DNA of 64,000 nucleotides, taken from the sequence record OZ196593.1. One strand, written 5' to 3'. The notes beneath the pieces were generated by a model. That model saw only the letters and a program-made list of their open reading frames with translations. It did no database searches and was not told the DNA's origin. Positions 1 through 9,797 of the stretch are shown here, in pieces (within the stretch, counting starts at the first letter, position 1; every line of letters begins with the position of its first letter). The translations under genes and the position numbers were made by a program.

Positions 1-54
1 ATGTCGTTGGTGCAAGAAGTCGCAATCACGCGTACGTATTGGTAAAGATCAGGG

Positions 55-315
55 GTGGCACTAATGGTTAATGCAGCAGAACGACTCAATCTAATTGCAT
101 TGTGTAAAGACCGATGCACGTACAATCTAAAATATGCTTGTCATATGTTCGAAGAGCATGGCTTTGAATTCTATTGTATGGATAAGCCGCTCGTTGGCGA
201 TGAAATTAACAGCGTGACCTTTCTATACAAAGGCATCATGGCTCAGATTACGCCAAACACGTACTTCGGTTGTACAGTGAACATCTTGACCGATGAACAT
301 GGTATTTTAAAATAA
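55..315 (+). CDS. hypothetical protein
   Basis: 86-aa ORF followed by a T4-type early promoter for the next gene. Confidence 0.6.
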   Translation: MALMVNAAERLNLIALCKDRCTYNLKYACHMFEEHGFEFYCMDKPLVGDEINSVTFLYKGIMAQITPNTYFGCTVNILTDEHGILK

Positions 316-328
316 TTTAAATAAAGTG

Positions 329-358
329 GTTTACAAGGTCTGCGGATGGCTGTAATAT
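329..358 (+). promoter_or_regulatory. T4-type early promoter
   Basis: GTTTACA-17 nt-TAATAT with an AT-rich UP element, upstream of the AAA ATPase. Confidence 0.75.
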
Positions 359-410
359 TCTCTACATCGAAACGAAACACACAAATCGACTACTAAAGAG
401 AGAACATTAC

Positions 411-1415
411 ATGCAAGCAATCATCACTAACGCACTTTACCGCAAAACAGAAATCAACGGCACATTCACTCTTATCGAAAAATGTTGGAATTCGTCTGAC
501 GCTGGTGAGAAGAACGGTCGTATGAAAATCATGTTAGACGGTGCTGTTCGCACGATTCGAGTGAACAAAGAAGATGTACAGTACGTTGATGAAGCTGACG
601 CGTCTCAAACACCAGTAGCTGCACTAGCGCCTGTAGTTGTTCAAGAAACGACTGAAGAAATCGCAGACCGCATCATTGAAGCGTTCGACGCAATGGACAT
701 CTTCACGGTTGGTGCTATCGCAGGTCACGTTAAGTCACTTATCATTTCTGGCGCAGCAGGTGTTGGTAAAACATTCACTCTAGAGCGTGAACTAAAAGCA
801 GCAGAAGCACGCGGTGACATCAACTTCAAGAAAGTAGCAGGTACTTGTTCTGGCATCGGTCTTTTCACTAAACTTTGGGAATGTCGCGGTCCAAATGATG
901 TTCTACTACTAGACGACGTAGACGTTTTCAAAGACGAAGATCAAATGAACACTCTAAAAGCTGCACTAGATACTGGCGAAGAGCGTTGGGTTTCTTGGGC
1001 AAAAGCAAGCTCTTACCTAGAAGAGCAAGGCATCGACAAAGAATTCTTGTTTGAAGGTACTGTAATCTTTATCTCAAACAAAGACTTTGACCGCGAACTA
1101 GCAGCGAACACTAAGCTTTCTCCACACTTCGAAGCTTTAATCTCGCGCTCAATCTACCTTGACCTTGGTGTTCACACTAAAGAAGAAATCATGGTACGCA
1201 TTAAGCAAGTAGTTTCTGCTTCAACTATGCTAGAAGATCTTGGTCTAGTTACTGAACAAATCGTAGACATGCTAACGTGGATCGAGTCTCACATCTTCGA
1301 ATTGCGTTCACTTTCTCTTCGTACTTGTTTACACATCGCTGATATGATGTTAACCTCTCCTACGAAGTGGAAATCACTTGCTAAGATGACTATGCTTACA
1401 AAGAAGCGTAAATAG
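411..1415 (+). CDS. AAA+ ATPase, T4 NrdC.10-like
   Basis: Walker A ISGAAGVGKT, Walker B LLLDDVD; overall layout resembles T4 NrdC.10. Confidence 0.75.
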   Translation: MQAIITNALYRKTEINGTFTLIEKCWNSSDAGEKNGRMKIMLDGAVRTIRVNKEDVQYVDEADASQTPVAALAPVVVQETTEEIADRIIEAFDAMDIFTVGAIAGHVKSLIISGAAGVGKTFTLERELKAAEARGDINFKKVAGTCSGIGLFTKLWECRGPNDVLLLDDVDVFKDEDQMNTLKAALDTGEERWVSWAKASSYLEEQGIDKEFLFEGTVIFISNKDFDRELAANTKLSPHFEALISRSIYLDLGVHTKEEIMVRIKQVVSASTMLEDLGLVTEQIVDMLTWIESHIFELRSLSLRTCLHIADMMLTSPTKWKSLAKMTMLTKKRK

Positions 1416-1422
1416 ATTTTTA

Positions 1423-1445
1423 AACTGGGGCTTTCGAGCCCCTTT
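1423..1445 (+). terminator. intrinsic terminator
   Basis: GGGGCT-TTCG-AGCCCC followed by TTT. Confidence 0.7.
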
Positions 1446-1462
1446 GTCAACTGAGGAAAACG

Positions 1463-2749
1463 ATGGAGAGAAAACTTACAGATATTGTAAATGATGAAGC
1501 ACTTGAATATGCAATGTACACAATCGAGAATCGAGCTTTAGCAAATGGCGTTGATGGTTTGAAACCAGTTCAACGCTTTGTGCTTTATAGCGTTCTGCGC
1601 GACGCATCGACATCGTTTGATAAGGTAGCAGCACTCGGTAGCTCAGTTTCAAAGATTGGTTACAATCACGGTGAGACTTCAGCTCAAGACGCTCTAGCGT
1701 TAATGGCAGCTAACTGGAAAAACAACGTGTCGATTGTTGAGGGTCGTGGTAACTTCGGTTCACGAATGGTTCAAGAGCCCGCGAGTGCTCGTTACGTGTA
1801 CGCGAAGCTGCACGAAAACTTCAAGCAATACTTCAAAGATATTCACCTTGCACCAGAACACAAAGACGTTGAACACGTCCCACCGCAGTTCTACGTGCCC
1901 GTGATACCGACAATTCTATTGAATGGCGTGTTCGGTGTTGCGACCGGCTTTGCGTGTAACATTCTACCGCACGATCCGAAATGGGTTAAGAAAGCAGTTG
2001 TTGAATATCTCAGCGGCAAAGAAATCAGTGAGCCAGTGATCATGTATCCCGAGTTCAATGGTCGCGTTGAGAAGCTTGAGCATAACAAGTACGCACAGAT
2101 TGGTACAGTTGAGATTAGCGGTCTAACGGCAGTCGTTACAGAAGTTCCGACGACGTTCGATCACACAAAATATCTCGCAGTGCTTGACAAACTCGTAGAA
2201 ACGGGTAAAATCAGTAGCTATGTTGATGAGACTAGCGAGACGTTTCAATTCAGAGTGCGTTGCAAGCGCGGGACGAAGATGGACGAAGCGAATATCATCA
2301 AACTGTTAAAGCTTCAGTCTAATGCGACTCAGAACATCAACGTTATCGACGAGAACTATGAAATTCGTCATTTTAACGATGTCAGAGAGCTTGTGAAGTG
2401 GTTCGTTGACTACAGACTAACGTTCTTACCAACTCGCATCAAAGACGCGATACAGACGACTACAGCGCGTTCTAGTTTAGCGATTGCGAAAGCGTCGTTC
2501 ATCAAAGACGTTGTTAGTGGTAAGATTGTATTGTTCGGTAAGAAGCGTGCTGAAGTTTCAAAAGAGCTGAAAGCAGACGAGCGATATTCAACGCACGTAA
2601 CTGAGCTTCTAAATATGTCGGTTGATAAAATGACCGACGATGAGATTGCAAAACTCGATAAAGACTCAGACACAGCGTTGAAAGAACTCGATTACTGGAA
2701 TAAGACAACTCCGCAAAAAGAGTTTATCAAAGATCTAAAGGGTATATAA
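1463..2749 (+). CDS. 52: DNA topoisomerase II medium subunit (GyrA/ParC-like)
   Basis: DGLKPVQRFVLY, YNHGETS, EGRGNFGSR, ASARY catalytic Tyr, PTILLNG motifs. Confidence 0.95.
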   Translation: MERKLTDIVNDEALEYAMYTIENRALANGVDGLKPVQRFVLYSVLRDASTSFDKVAALGSSVSKIGYNHGETSAQDALALMAANWKNNVSIVEGRGNFGSRMVQEPASARYVYAKLHENFKQYFKDIHLAPEHKDVEHVPPQFYVPVIPTILLNGVFGVATGFACNILPHDPKWVKKAVVEYLSGKEISEPVIMYPEFNGRVEKLEHNKYAQIGTVEISGLTAVVTEVPTTFDHTKYLAVLDKLVETGKISSYVDETSETFQFRVRCKRGTKMDEANIIKLLKLQSNATQNINVIDENYEIRHFNDVRELVKWFVDYRLTFLPTRIKDAIQTTTARSSLAIAKASFIKDVVSGKIVLFGKKRAEVSKELKADERYSTHVTELLNMSVDKMTDDEIAKLDKDSDTALKELDYWNKTTPQKEFIKDLKGI

Positions 2750-2991
2750 TGAACAACATAATCGTAAATAACGGTTTTGTTCAAGTCACAGATCATGCTA
2801 CACTATTCGGCGACGAAGAAGTTATCTTCGTCGATCCGATGAATCTCACTGATTTAGTGTGTTCACTTGGCTTGTACAAATCGAAATCTCAAGCTCGTCA
2901 AGCAAAGCGCGTTGGTGAGATACCTCCCGGTTACTCAGAATTCAAAGGCAACAAGAAAACGCCTCTGTACGTCTGGAACCCTACAGAATAG
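2749..2991 (+). CDS. small protein with S4-like RNA-binding motif
   Basis: LTDLVCSLGLYKSKSQARQAKRVGEI resembles the S4 domain at the C-terminus of TyrRS. Confidence 0.5.
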   Translation: MNNIIVNNGFVQVTDHATLFGDEEVIFVDPMNLTDLVCSLGLYKSKSQARQAKRVGEIPPGYSEFKGNKKTPLYVWNPTE

Positions 2992-3022
2992 GTGAAATAC
3001 ACCTAATCCTTGACAATGAAGT

Positions 3023-3030
3023 TATAAATA
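3023..3030 (+). promoter_or_regulatory. T4 late promoter (TATAAATA)
   Basis: exact TATAAATA about 30 nt upstream of the endonuclease ATG. Confidence 0.65.
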
Positions 3031-3062
3031 CTTAAAATATTGACAGAGATTAGGAGTATTAT

Positions 3063-3788
3063 ATGAGATATCCGGCACATCTTTTACTGAAAGAAACTTT
3101 GAGAGACAATAAGCCATATTTTTACTTGTGCAAGTGTGCAGTGCAGAAGAATGTTGATTCTTATAAGGGTTCTGGGTTAGTATGGCTATCAGTTTTAAAG
3201 AAATACAAATCGCCCGTTAAAACAAGAATATTAGGAACGTATGACGATCATGACAGCTTCAAAGAGGCAGGTAGATTTTATAGTGAATTGCTCAATGTAG
3301 TTGAAGATGAAAATTTTGCAAATTTAGTTCCTGAGTTAGGGGACGGTGGGTGGATAAATGATCAAACAGGCAAAACATGGACTATAAAAGACACTTCAAA
3401 TATGAACGGGGGTCAGTGTTGGAATGACGATATTCGCGTGAAAGAAGCATCTGAGAGGATGAAAAAAGAAAATCCAATGCATTCTAATGATGTGCGCATG
3501 AAAATGTCGAGCACGAGAAAAAATAACGGGACGTATAAAAGCGGAATTGACAACCCATCAGCCGTTGCATTGTGCTTGACGTTCAATGACGGGACGTGTA
3601 TAATCGCCACAGGGAAACAATTATCATCAATCATAGGAATATCTGCGGCACAAATAAGCACATTGGTTAATAATGACGATAGGCAGAGAAAGCAAGAAGA
3701 AATGATTTTGAATTACAATAGTGGGAAAAGCAAGCGCATTCCTGCATGTAAAGGGTATATTATAAGAAAGGTGGAAATATGCAAGTGA
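3063..3788 (+). mobile_element. freestanding GIY-YIG (Seg-like) homing endonuclease
   Basis: N-terminal YFYL...YKGSG...E...N pattern of T4 Seg endonucleases; visibly more AT-rich than its neighbours; overlaps the queE start. Confidence 0.75.
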
Positions 3789-4648
3789 AATGGACCGAGC
3801 TATTCTATAGCGTTCAGGGTGAGGGGAAATACACTGGTCAAGCTAGTTTATTCTTTCGCTTCTGGGGCTGCAATTTGGAATGTTCAGGGTTTGGTCAAGA
3901 CGATCCAACCGATCCTGATTCGTACGTACTCGACTTCAAAGAATACGACCCTAAGGCGCATAACGTAGAGACGGTCGAAGATTTACCAGTATGGACGCGC
4001 GGCTGTGACTCAAGCTACACATGGGCGAAGAAATACGCACATCTAGCTTCTAAGTCTGAAGTCGAAGACGTTTGTGAAGCGATGCTTGACAAACTACCAA
4101 ATCGTCAATGGGGTGATATTCATCTTGTATTGACGGGCGGCGAAACGATGATGAATCAAAAATCTATCGCTGCTATCATCACGTACTTCGCGGGGATTGG
4201 TAATTTCCCGAAAAACGTGACAATCGAAACTAACGGTACTAAAGTGATGTCGCAAGAATTCGGTGATTTCATCGACCTCGTATCACCGTACACGAAAGTT
4301 AGTTTCAGCGTATCTTTCAAGCTTTTCAACGTTACTGGCGAATTGTCAGAAAAAGCTATCTGCCCGGGCGTAGTAAATCGCTATGCTCGCTATGCAGAGA
4401 CATGGCTCAAGCCGGTTGTCGTCGATACTGACGCATGTTGGGACGAAGTTGACACGCATATCGCGCAATACAAAGCGTGCAGTGCTCTTCACAATGTTCC
4501 CGTGTATATCATGCCTTGTGGTGCTACTCAAGAAGAGCAAGAACAAGACGGGTATATGGCATCGATTGCTAACAAAGCATTGAGTCGTGGTTATAATTTC
4601 TCACTCAGAGCACACGTGTTCATATGGGGAAATGCAGTCGGCACATAA
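3779..4648 (+). CDS. queE: 7-carboxy-7-deazaguanine synthase (radical SAM)
   Basis: ELFYSVQGEG, FFRFWGCNLEC...GCDS cluster motif with a long loop, LTGGE, IETNGT, SLRAHVFIWGN. Confidence 0.88.
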   Translation: MQVKWTELFYSVQGEGKYTGQASLFFRFWGCNLECSGFGQDDPTDPDSYVLDFKEYDPKAHNVETVEDLPVWTRGCDSSYTWAKKYAHLASKSEVEDVCEAMLDKLPNRQWGDIHLVLTGGETMMNQKSIAAIITYFAGIGNFPKNVTIETNGTKVMSQEFGDFIDLVSPYTKVSFSVSFKLFNVTGELSEKAICPGVVNRYARYAETWLKPVVVDTDACWDEVDTHIAQYKACSALHNVPVYIMPCGATQEEQEQDGYMASIANKALSRGYNFSLRAHVFIWGNAVGT

Positions 4649-4677
4649 GTGCCGTTTTAACTTAAAGAGGAATTGAA

Positions 4678-4992
4678 ATGATTCTATTTGGACACATTGT
4701 AGGCACGCTTGGTATGATTCTTATCTGTCTTGCGTTTTGGTTTGTAACTAGCGAGAAGTACGGTCCAAAAGACAACACGTATCTGTGGACTAACATGACT
4801 GGCGCGGTATTGCTGACCATCAGCTTGCTTATTAACTTCAATCTAGGTAGCTTTATGATCGAGCTATTCTGGATCGCGATCTCTGGTTCAGCCCTGTACA
4901 AGAACTACACCGGCAAAGAGCTTAAAGTAGTGATTAATGAGAAGTTCAACGACTTCCGCACATCGACTACAAATCGCGGTGGCCCGAAATAA
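4678..4992 (+). CDS. small 3-TM membrane protein (CBU_0592-like)
   Basis: hydrophobic helices with YLWTNMTGAVLLTISLLINFNLGSFMIELFW. Confidence 0.6.
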   Translation: MILFGHIVGTLGMILICLAFWFVTSEKYGPKDNTYLWTNMTGAVLLTISLLINFNLGSFMIELFWIAISGSALYKNYTGKELKVVINEKFNDFRTSTTNRGGPK

Positions 4993-5061
4993 AGTAGTTT
5001 AATTCATTGTCGTTTCGTGTATAATCAACTGCGAAACGACAATCTAACAGAGAACATTAAA

Positions 5062-5250
5062 ATGTCTAGAAAATCAAAGAACAAAAAGAAGCAGAAGCAA
5101 CGCGATGCTTTAGAAAACAAGCCGCGTGATTTCGTCGCAAAGTACATGAATGAGTTCAATCATGCTACGGTCGAGACTGATCGCAAGAAAGAAGAGAAAC
5201 GACGCACACCGCGTAAAATGAAACACAAAGGGAAAGCCTATGGGGATTGA
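5062..5250 (+). CDS. basic hypothetical protein
   Basis: Lys/Arg-rich ORF; start revised to the ATG at 5062. Confidence 0.55.
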   Translation: MSRKSKNKKKQKQRDALENKPRDFVAKYMNEFNHATVETDRKKEEKRRTPRKMKHKGKAYGD

Positions 5251-5572
5251 TCAAGAGCTAGATATTTTCGACGACTGGCCAGTGGCGTCAGCGTCTATAC
5301 CTATGCCGAAAGCACCTGCTAAATTTGAGCCAGAAAATGAGCTTCATCAGTTCTTTCATGACTGTTCGAAGTTCGATTGGTATTACAACTACAGCGATGA
5401 TCATCGTGTGTGGACGCGTGGTGAACGCGAATCGAAAGCTCTTCAGGCGCGTAGTCGTGCAAACTCTGTGACGACAGCGATTTACGAAGCATGGTCAAAG
5501 TACATGTTCACGGGACCGAACTACGGTAATGAACGTGCACCTAAACCACAATGGGAAGATTATCGTGCATAA
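5240..5572 (+). CDS. hypothetical protein
   Basis: ORF overlapping its neighbours in an operon; FDWYYNYSDDHRVW motif. Confidence 0.6.
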   Translation: MGIDQELDIFDDWPVASASIPMPKAPAKFEPENELHQFFHDCSKFDWYYNYSDDHRVWTRGERESKALQARSRANSVTTAIYEAWSKYMFTGPNYGNERAPKPQWEDYRA

Positions 5573-5837
5573 AGACGTGCTTCAAAATACAATTGAAATG
5601 AAAGACATTGTTTTTCGTCTGTCAAAAGAGCGATTGTGCGTTGAGCCGTGTATTGTTGTCGGTTTTACTGAACACAAAGTTTTACTAAACGATGGCTTGC
5701 AATGTGATCCGAATCGCGTTGTAGTTATTACTGAACAAATTCAAAATAACGGTGTTGATCTCTGGTCTACTGTGCTAGAATTCAAATATCGAGAATACAT
5801 CATCAAGGGCTTTAAACGCCTCAAACAACAAAAGTGA
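5529..5837 (+). CDS. hypothetical protein
   Basis: ORF in an operon; start uncertain. Confidence 0.45.
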   Translation: MNVHLNHNGKIIVHKDVLQNTIEMKDIVFRLSKERLCVEPCIVVGFTEHKVLLNDGLQCDPNRVVVITEQIQNNGVDLWSTVLEFKYREYIIKGFKRLKQQK

Positions 5838-5844
5838 GCAAAAC

Positions 5845-6123
5845 ATGAAATTTCTACAAAAAATCTGGGCAGTTCTAACAGGCGACACAACTCCACGTAC
5901 ACCTGAAGACATCATCGCTGATATGAACAAAGGTGCGGTTGAGCTTCGAGCGCGTTCGACATTCGATAAAGATCAAATCGACAAGAACGTAGCAGAGCAA
6001 GCAGAAATTGCCGCAGAAGCTGCGCGTAAAACTGCCGAGCTTGACGCAATCAACACTGGTCACGCTGCTTCAGCAGAACATGCAGATCGCGTTGCTAAAC
6101 GCTTCGAAGATCTGACTGCGTAA
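5845..6123 (+). CDS. hypothetical coiled-coil protein
   Basis: ORF followed by a hairpin terminator. Confidence 0.6.
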   Translation: MKFLQKIWAVLTGDTTPRTPEDIIADMNKGAVELRARSTFDKDQIDKNVAEQAEIAAEAARKTAELDAINTGHAASAEHADRVAKRFEDLTA

Positions 6124-6153
6124 TGCGTTAAAACATACGCATTAACCGAATTA

Positions 6154-6197
6154 AAGCCCCTTAATGAGTGCATTTGCATACATTAAGGGGCTTTTTT
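6154..6197 (+). terminator. intrinsic terminator
   Basis: AAGCCCCTTAATG...CATTAAGGGGCTT followed by a T-run. Confidence 0.75.
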
Positions 6198-6236
6198 GTT
6201 TCTGTCATAAATACAAGTAAACAAATGAGAGACGCT

Positions 6237-7343
6237 ATGAAAAAATTAAACACATTCATGGAAGAACTTCAGGCACTTAATGAAGTGTTCGTTCGTGGCG
6301 GCAAACCGCGCGACGGGTCTAAAGTTCTTGCAAACGGAAAAAACATTTGGGTATGGAATAACGAGCGTGAGCTTGAACGTCTATTGCCTTTCATCAACAA
6401 AGAATTCAACTCCGATTTTGAAGACGAGTACGAGATCGATGAGTGGTACATGAGTGGAGCTGACGCAGTGTACGGGGAGATCGAACGCAGCAGCCTAGAT
6501 ATGCACGGTGATTCGACTTATCGCCCGTCTACGGCGTCTGACACGCTCAGAAAGACGATTAAAGCACTGAATCTACGTGGCGTGACTCGTCGTTCGCGTT
6601 CTTTTACTACTGATTATGACGAAATCGACCACGACTTTGAAACGTCGCGTGCTGAATTCAACAAAAAGCTAGGTCAAAAAACGTTCTATCACGGCACATC
6701 GACGACTTACATCGAATCGATGCTCAAGATCGGTCTAAAACCAGACGTAGGTGAATCGCAGTTCGATAAGATTGAACACAGCGACAAGGTGTTTGTCACG
6801 ACTGAGCTTGATAAAGCAATGTTCCACGCGACTCATTCAGCGAATCAAAACAGCTCATTCCCTGTAATAATCGAGCTGAAGATTCCAGATGAGGCTAAAC
6901 TAGTGTCGGATTACGACGTTGTTATCGACACGCTAGGTGCTGATTCTGACGAAGCACTTGAACTTGGCTACTCTGACATCTATTACGGTGCAGTAAATGG
7001 TCGCGATGACGGCAAAAAATACGACGATATGCACCAACGATTTGGTAAGCGTATCGGCAATCTATCGACTAAATTCGGTGTGTTCGGCTACAAGGGTCGT
7101 ATCCCTGCAAGTCATTTCACGAAGATTCTAGCAGATACTGACGTAATCGAAGATGAAATCTCGATGAACTTCTATGAAATGGAAGACGAGTTCAAATTAT
7201 CTGCGATGACATCAGAAGCGGGAAATCATCGTTCAATTGATTACTGGTCTGAACAACGACCTGACAAATTCATTTCGAATCTTGAAGATCGTTGGGAAGA
7301 GATTCGCGACGAGAACGAAGAAGAAGAAGACGATTGGGATTAA
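6237..7343 (+). CDS. ADP-ribosyltransferase/Tpt1-like fold protein with a capsid-targeting-like N-terminus
   Basis: FYHGTS...GLKP...VFVTT...AMFHA...IELKIP motif series; CATAAATA late promoter at 6206; N-terminus MKKLNTFMEE. Confidence 0.55.
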   Translation: MKKLNTFMEELQALNEVFVRGGKPRDGSKVLANGKNIWVWNNERELERLLPFINKEFNSDFEDEYEIDEWYMSGADAVYGEIERSSLDMHGDSTYRPSTASDTLRKTIKALNLRGVTRRSRSFTTDYDEIDHDFETSRAEFNKKLGQKTFYHGTSTTYIESMLKIGLKPDVGESQFDKIEHSDKVFVTTELDKAMFHATHSANQNSSFPVIIELKIPDEAKLVSDYDVVIDTLGADSDEALELGYSDIYYGAVNGRDDGKKYDDMHQRFGKRIGNLSTKFGVFGYKGRIPASHFTKILADTDVIEDEISMNFYEMEDEFKLSAMTSEAGNHRSIDYWSEQRPDKFISNLEDRWEEIRDENEEEEDDWD

Positions 7344-7346
7344 ATA

Positions 7347-7374
7347 CTAGGGAGCATTTAGCTCCCTTTTTTAT
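7347..7374 (+). terminator. intrinsic terminator
   Basis: AGGGAGC-ATTTA-GCTCCCT followed by a T-run. Confidence 0.75.
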
Positions 7375-7386
7375 TGAGGTAAGAAA

Positions 7387-7866
7387 ATGTACAAATGTAA
7401 ATATTTCGAAATATATGAACTCGTAACTCCGCAGATGTATGAAGCGTGGGGCGAGAAATGTTGGCAACTATTCGACGAGCGCGTTCTAATCACGCTAGAC
7501 GCTCTCAGAAAGAAGTTCGGCTCATGCGTAGTCAATGACTGGAAGTGGGGCGGAAGATTCGATGACAGCGGTTTTAGAGACGTTCACTTCTATAGTTCAG
7601 TCGATGCGTACTTGAAGAGTCGTTCGCAGCACAAATATGGTCGCGCAGTCGATGCAAAATTCAAAGTACCCGCTCACGAAGTGCGTAAATACATATTAGA
7701 GAACCCCGACGAATTCCCACACGTGAAATTCATCGAAGTGGGTCCGTTAAAAGACGGCTCTGATATGTCATGGGTTCATATCGATGTTCGCAACGGTGAC
7801 TTGCTATGTTGGTCGCCATTAGAGGGTGTCGTTTCAAAAGAAGATGTGATTCGTCGAAAACTTTAG
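7387..7866 (+). CDS. peptidase M15 family (putative endolysin)
   Basis: SGFR...SQHKYGRAVD...WVHIDVR zinc peptidase motifs. Confidence 0.8.
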   Translation: MYKCKYFEIYELVTPQMYEAWGEKCWQLFDERVLITLDALRKKFGSCVVNDWKWGGRFDDSGFRDVHFYSSVDAYLKSRSQHKYGRAVDAKFKVPAHEVRKYILENPDEFPHVKFIEVGPLKDGSDMSWVHIDVRNGDLLCWSPLEGVVSKEDVIRRKL

Positions 7867-7937
7867 TTTAACACTCGATGTTTTAGCATTAATATAACAT
7901 TGTCAACAAGACATTTATCAACTAAAAGGTCTACTAC

Positions 7938-8648
7938 ATGGGCAAAAAGAAAACTCAAGAAGATCCGCGCTCAAGTCAACGCGTCGAGTTACTTTCATTC
8001 AATCAAGAGCAGTACGCAGCAGCAATTCACGAAGAGATTAAAGAAGACGGCTCAGGTGCATTTGTGTTCGCGATTGGGTCAGCAGGTACCGGTAAAACGT
8101 GGCTAGCGACTACTCTCGGTGCTGACATGTATTCCATGTTTGAGTACACGCAGTTCATCATTCTAAAGCCGACACTTTCGTGTGGTGAAGAACTGGGTTA
8201 CTTACCGGGAACACTTGAAGAGAAAATGGAACCTTGGATTCAAACTGTCACACAGCCGTTGAAAGACCGCTTGGGTGCAGACAAGTTCAAATGTGATTGG
8301 AACAAGCGAATTCATGCAGAGCCTATTCAGTTCGTACGTGGTAAAACGTTCGATAACTGTTTCATTATAGTAGATGAAGCTCAGAACTTAACTAAAACTG
8401 AAATTCAGACGATCATGACTCGTATCGGTGAAAATACGAAGATGGTATTTTGTGGCGACTTGAAACAAGACGACCATAAGATGATCTATCGCACTGGTCA
8501 GAAAGAAATCAGTGGTCTAGCGTGGATGGTTAACGAGATTCAGCGTCAACAACGCGCAGGTATCGAGATCATTCAATTCACTAACGCTGACGTTGTACGT
8601 TCTGGCGCTTGTAAGATGGCTCTAGAAATTATCGACAAGGCAGATTAA
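7938..8648 (+). CDS. phoH: PhoH-family ATPase
   Basis: GSAGTGKT, LGYLPGTLEEKMEPW, RGKTF, IIVDEAQN, TRIGEN, GDLKQ. Confidence 0.93.
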   Translation: MGKKKTQEDPRSSQRVELLSFNQEQYAAAIHEEIKEDGSGAFVFAIGSAGTGKTWLATTLGADMYSMFEYTQFIILKPTLSCGEELGYLPGTLEEKMEPWIQTVTQPLKDRLGADKFKCDWNKRIHAEPIQFVRGKTFDNCFIIVDEAQNLTKTEIQTIMTRIGENTKMVFCGDLKQDDHKMIYRTGQKEISGLAWMVNEIQRQQRAGIEIIQFTNADVVRSGACKMALEIIDKAD

Positions 8649-8956
8649 TGAAGAAAGAAACAAACAACGTCACGTGCAAAATCACTGACGTTGGCAATTT
8701 CAATGTGCTCGTTAAATCGTGGTATGTTGAGGGTGACTTCGTTCGCGGGGTCACGCTTGAAGTAGGGGATGTCGTTAACATCAAAGAATACAAAGACCCG
8801 TTGGTCTCAGGCGGTGAATATTCTGCTATCAAAGTATCTAAAGATGGGAACGTTTACTCGACTACGGTCTTAGGTCGGTTAGTATTTGACCGAACAGACC
8901 CGTCATACGTCATGAAAAACGACAAACATCGCATTCAATACAGCACGACACTATAA
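8648..8956 (+). CDS. hypothetical protein
   Basis: ORF coupled to the phoH stop, followed by a terminator. Confidence 0.6.
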   Translation: MKKETNNVTCKITDVGNFNVLVKSWYVEGDFVRGVTLEVGDVVNIKEYKDPLVSGGEYSAIKVSKDGNVYSTTVLGRLVFDRTDPSYVMKNDKHRIQYSTTL

Positions 8957-8957
8957 C

Positions 8958-8982
8958 AAAAGCGCCTACGGGCGCTTTTTTT
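8958..8982 (+). terminator. intrinsic terminator
   Basis: AAAGCGCC-TAC-GGGCGCTTT followed by a T-run. Confidence 0.75.
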
Positions 8983-9064
8983 GTTTAGAACGCGTCATTT
9001 CTGAAGTAAAATAAATGACGGGAGGTGTCAATGACAAATAAACAAATTCACGTCGGGGCGATTA

Positions 9065-9796
9065 ATGGAAAGAACTGAAATCGTAATTCCCACCAAAAGC
9101 ATTCGCAACGCAGGTTATGAATTCGATGTAATCGATACGAGCAAACTAGATCACTTTCACGTTCGATGCGTGACAAATACGTTATACGACAACAGCATAA
9201 AAGGTTCGCTACTAGACGGATTTCGTGCTGAGATTACTTTAATGGACGCAGAATCACTAATATTCTTGAACTCAATGAATCTTTATGCTAACTTTACTGA
9301 GTCGAACCGCGCAAGTAATGGTATGAAGCGTATCAAATCGGCTCGATACAATTATCATCATTATTATCAACAACAAGAGGACTGGTTTAAAAGCATACTA
9401 CGAAAGAACAAAGTCACCGTGAAATATCCGAACGGGGAAAAGCGAGAAAAGCTTCCTACGTTCTACACGTGCGGCTTGCGTTTATCAAACGTAAGACGTT
9501 CAGCAGATAAAGCTTGTGCCATGCTCGTACTCGATGAGAACGGGAAGCCCAAGATGTATGCGTTCGCTATCGGAAAACTAAGATACATTTTCGATGCCTA
9601 CGACCGAACCAACAACCCAAACTGTCCCGCGCAGATCGGGAAGAAAACAGTTGACGTAATTGAATGTTTAGATTACAATGACGGAGACGATTGGAATGAC
9701 GAAAACGAGTTCGAAGAAACGCGTAAATTAATGTCGATTCCAGATGTATCCGATTTAGACAAAGTATTAATGTCATTAGACGAAGAAGAGTTTTAG
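9065..9796 (+). CDS. hypothetical protein
   Basis: 243-aa ORF with an acidic tail. Confidence 0.65.
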   Translation: MERTEIVIPTKSIRNAGYEFDVIDTSKLDHFHVRCVTNTLYDNSIKGSLLDGFRAEITLMDAESLIFLNSMNLYANFTESNRASNGMKRIKSARYNYHHYYQQQEDWFKSILRKNKVTVKYPNGEKREKLPTFYTCGLRLSNVRRSADKACAMLVLDENGKPKMYAFAIGKLRYIFDAYDRTNNPNCPAQIGKKTVDVIECLDYNDGDDWNDENEFEETRKLMSIPDVSDLDKVLMSLDEEEF

Positions 9797-9797
9797 T

